This document shows positions 27,932 through 30,729 of a stretch of DNA of 30,729 nt, piece by piece. The notes under the pieces were generated by a model. It was not told the DNA's origin and did no database searches. It saw nothing but the letters and a program-made list of their open reading frames with translations. The stretch spans positions 1 to 30,729 of the forward strand of contig JBBTXB010000127.1 of the NCBI GenBank assembly GCA_038062475.1, read 5' to 3'. The stretch comes from Patescibacteria group bacterium (lineage in GTDB: Bacteria; Patescibacteriota; Patescibacteriia; JBBTXB01). The translations under genes were made by a program, and so were the position numbers. Every line of letters begins with the position of its first letter. Positions within the stretch are counted from its first letter, which is position 1.

Positions 27932-30649
27932 CTACAATTTTTTTGCTTTCTCAATACGAATTTTCCCGCCCGGTTCGAGGATAACAGTGTCACGGCGTCC
28001 AATTTTCTCCTGAAGCAGAAAATTTGCAAGGGCGTCCTGCACCCGCTCGGCAATGACGCGCCGGAGCGGTCGAGCGCCAAACGACGGATCAAACCCCGCC
28101 TCCGCAAGCTCGCGCACGGCGGCGTCGGTTACTTGAAGCGCGATGCCCTTCGCCGCGAGTTGCTCCTGCACCTTGCCGATCATGAGCCAGGCGATCTGTT
28201 CTATCTCCGGCTTGGTAAGCGGTTTGAAAACAATGATACCGTCAAAACGGTTCAAAAATTCCGGCCGGAAGGCGGATTTGAGTTCCTCATTGACGAGCCG
28301 TTCACGAATGGCTTCCACTGCCGTACCCTTTTTAATCTCATCCTGAATAAACTGCGTGCCGGCGTTTGAAGTGGCGATCAAAATAATATTCGTGAAATCA
28401 ACCGTACGTCCCGCGTTGTCGGTGAGCCGCCCGTCGTCCATCACCTGCAAAAACACGTTCAAAATATCAAGGTGCGCTTTTTCTATTTCATCAAGGAGAA
28501 GAACGGTGAACGGCCGCTTGCGCACTGCCTCGGTGAGCATCCCGCCCGGCGCTCCGCCGGTCGTACCAATCAACCGCCCTACGGATTGCGCATCCTGATA
28601 CTCTGACATATCAAGCCGAATCATGGCTTCTTCGTCGCCGAAATACACCGCCGCCACGGTCTTCGCCAGCTCGGTTTTTCCGACGCCGGTCGGCCCCAAA
28701 AATAGGAAGTTGGCAATCGGCCGCTTGGCCTCGCGAAGCTCCGCTCGGGCTCTGCGGATCGCCGCAGCGACCATCTTCACCGCCTCATCCTGTCCGATCA
28801 CGCGCTCGTGCATGCGCGCCTCCAAAGTAAGAAGTTTTCCTCGTTCCGATCCCGTGACCGCGGTTACCGGTGCGCGCGTTTTTTCGGCGACAATGACGGC
28901 GACGTCTTCGGAGGTTACCACCGACCGCTCGCCGCGCTTGCCGCGCACATCTTCCGCAACCTCGCGGATGATCTCAATCGCTTTCTCCGGCAGCGCGCGA
29001 TCCGGCATATAGCGTGAAGAAAGCGCGATCGCCTGGGCGATAGCGGCATAGGAGAAGAACACTTTGTTCCGCGCCTCTATGGAAAGCGCGGCGGCCTCAA
29101 GCATTTGGATTGCCTCGTTCGCGTCCGGTTCTTCAATGGGAACTTTCTCCAATGCGTTTCCAAGCTGCGTGCCTTCAAGAGTGCGGTAGCCGTCGGGGCG
29201 CACGGTGGCAATGAGAAGAAAATATCCTTTCCCGAGCTCATCGGCGAGCACTCCGGCAAGGTCCAAACTCCTCTCCCCGCCGGTAGAAATTCCCGCCAAA
29301 CCCTCTACCCCATGCACGGCGACGACGACGCTTCCGGCGCGGCGGATTTCATAAAAAATCTTCAAAAGGCGCTCGGCGGCTTCAGCGGGCGTCGCTCCGG
29401 AAACGAGTTTGGGGACCGAAAGCGCGACGAGGCGCTTCTCCCGCAGTACCTTCGGAACATCCTCCTCAACCATCCGTTCCGCGATGCCGAAAAGGATCAT
29501 TTCTTTCCCTACCCCGGACGGCCCAACCAAAACGACGCTCTTTCTCCCTCCTTCCAGAACCCGAAAAATTTGGGCAAGCTCCTTTTCTCTGCCGATCATG
29601 GGCGGGAGATATCCCGCACGCGCGTACGCGGTGAGATCGTCGGAAAAGCGGTCAAGGTACGGAGTCGCGAGCGCCGTCATGGCGCGCCCCGCTTCGTGTT
29701 TCGGCCGGAGACGAGCGCGTACCCTCCCGCCCCGCACGCGGGCGATCAAATCCTCCGTCGTGCGAATCCACAAAACGACGTTCCGCAGCTTCTCTCCGTC
29801 CACTTCAAGGTCGTATAGAATCTCTTTCACAATTCCCTCAGGGATCGCCACGGCGAGAAAGAGGTCCGGCGTATCCGCGCGGCTGCGGCGCGCGGCGCGC
29901 GCGGAAACAAAAGCAGAAAAAAGCGCACCCCACAATTCTTCCGTTATTTTTAGAACGGCACCGGCAGGCACTTCCGCCAACGCGCGCTGGGTACGTTCGC
30001 GCAGCCCATCAATGGAGAGCCCTAAACGGCCGGCGATAAAACCCGTTTTCCGGGCGGCGAGAAGCGCGAGGAAAAGATGCGCAAGACGAACCTCTCCGTG
30101 GCCGCGTTCCGACGCAAGAAGTACGGCGCGGTTTATTGTCCCGAGCGCATCGCCAGAAAAAGCGCGGGAGACATCAAACTGCAGGCGCTTGGGCAGACGC
30201 TTCGCTTCATTCCAGTCTGTAATACTTGGTGCCCCAACCTTTTCTCCGTACCGCTTCTGGGGAAGATTCGCCCACGCTTCTCCCTCCACGGCAAGCCGAT
30301 ATATAAGGTAGAGATCAAGCCAGACAGAAATCCAAAAGAGCAAAAGCAAAGGATGCGGTTGCGAGAAAAACCGTACCGTAAGGACCTCCCTGACGCCGGT
30401 ACGCACAATGATCAACGTGAGCGCCACCGCGCCCGCAATCCCCGCAAGGAGCAAAAGAAAATTTAAAACTCCGCGGAATCCCGATGCCGCGCGTTCAAAC
30501 CGTATCGCTTTTGGAGAAAGGCGACGCCCCCAAAACAGGAATATTCCACCCTCCATCGTTCCAACTGAAATACCGCGACAGTCCGGACAGACTTCGCCAG
30601 CGACGCCGCCGACGCCCTTACATGTTGGACAAAACAATAAATTAGGCAT
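27932..30649 (-). CDS. Membrane-anchored ClpC/ClpB-like double AAA+ ATPase with an N-terminal DnaJ-type zinc-finger motif and a degenerate first ATPase module
   Basis: N-terminus CPTCKGVGG...CPDCRGIS, then two TM helices and Clp_N-like repeats. D1 has Walker A GPSGVGKE and no DE in Walker B (VVVAVHGVEG). D2 is intact (GPTGVGKTELAK, LLLDEIEKAH). Confidence 0.75.
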   Translation of the reverse strand: MPNLLFCPTCKGVGGVAGEVCPDCRGISVGTMEGGIFLFWGRRLSPKAIRFERAASGFRGVLNFLLLLAGIAGAVALTLIIVRTGVREVLTVRFFSQPHPLLLLFWISVWLDLYLIYRLAVEGEAWANLPQKRYGEKVGAPSITDWNEAKRLPKRLQFDVSRAFSGDALGTINRAVLLASERGHGEVRLAHLFLALLAARKTGFIAGRLGLSIDGLRERTQRALAEVPAGAVLKITEELWGALFSAFVSARAARRSRADTPDLFLAVAIPEGIVKEILYDLEVDGEKLRNVVLWIRTTEDLIARVRGGRVRARLRPKHEAGRAMTALATPYLDRFSDDLTAYARAGYLPPMIGREKELAQIFRVLEGGRKSVVLVGPSGVGKEMILFGIAERMVEEDVPKVLREKRLVALSVPKLVSGATPAEAAERLLKIFYEIRRAGSVVVAVHGVEGLAGISTGGERSLDLAGVLADELGKGYFLLIATVRPDGYRTLEGTQLGNALEKVPIEEPDANEAIQMLEAAALSIEARNKVFFSYAAIAQAIALSSRYMPDRALPEKAIEIIREVAEDVRGKRGERSVVTSEDVAVIVAEKTRAPVTAVTGSERGKLLTLEARMHERVIGQDEAVKMVAAAIRRARAELREAKRPIANFLFLGPTGVGKTELAKTVAAVYFGDEEAMIRLDMSEYQDAQSVGRLIGTTGGAPGGMLTEAVRKRPFTVLLLDEIEKAHLDILNVFLQVMDDGRLTDNAGRTVDFTNIILIATSNAGTQFIQDEIKKGTAVEAIRERLVNEELKSAFRPEFLNRFDGIIVFKPLTKPEIEQIAWLMIGKVQEQLAAKGIALQVTDAAVRELAEAGFDPSFGARPLRRVIAERVQDALANFLLQEKIGRRDTVILEPGGKIRIEKAKKL

Positions 30650-30684
30650 ACCCAGTATATCAACCTCGACTGCAAGTCGAATTA
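30646..30684 (-). promoter_or_regulatory. Conserved 39-nt block (copy 2) overlapping the ClpC-like start codon
   Basis: Same block as 19513-19551. The TATACT hexamer ends 4 nt before the ATG at 30649 and there is no SD, so this may be a leaderless or very short-leader mRNA. Confidence 0.35.
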
Positions 30685-30729
30685 TAGGTTAGCCGAGCGT
30701 TAATAGCGACTTTGCGTGTTTTCATAGAC

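Overview
A 30.7-kb window coded almost entirely on the minus strand. Compact operons and reduced-looking proteins suggest an uncultivated, possibly CPR/Patescibacteria-like bacterium (inference only).

Housekeeping genes, listed in plus-strand coordinate order:
- murF, ftsI and rarA
- a tRNA-Pro locus
- a CobO-like adenosyltransferase next to a class II (B12-dependent) ribonucleotide reductase carrying two NrdR boxes
- a DEDD exonuclease and guaB
- GH1 and clan GH-A glycosidases
- a WecA/MraY-like protein fused to DUF192
- hicB and hicA
- a membrane-anchored ClpC-like ATPase

The most interesting locus is a self-contained three-gene cassette at 14756-17300, which looks like a compact ubiquitin-like conjugation system whose layout I do not recognise. 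Its genes are:
- a 484-aa multidomain protein ending in a UBC/E2-like domain with the signature HPH-x7-C
- a minimal 217-aa ThiF/E1-like adenylation enzyme
- a 95-aa beta-grasp Ubl with a Lys-rich tail and a C-terminal Gly-Ser

Other notable items:
- a rearranged tRNA-Pro(CGG) locus with 118-bp direct repeats, two tRNA-like copies with a non-canonical T-arm, and a 219-nt hairpin-rich segment
- three families of intergenic inverted arrays built from degenerate heptamers
- MITE-like elements with terminal inverted repeats around a CCTGAGCWTGTCGAAGG / CCTTCGACTTCGCTCAGG core
- a 16-bp x3 tandem repeat that frameshifts the 3' end of a gene
- a BlaI / M56 peptidase / double-thioredoxin / Cys-rich membrane protein cluster

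All protein calls rest on motifs read from the translations. No database search was possible.
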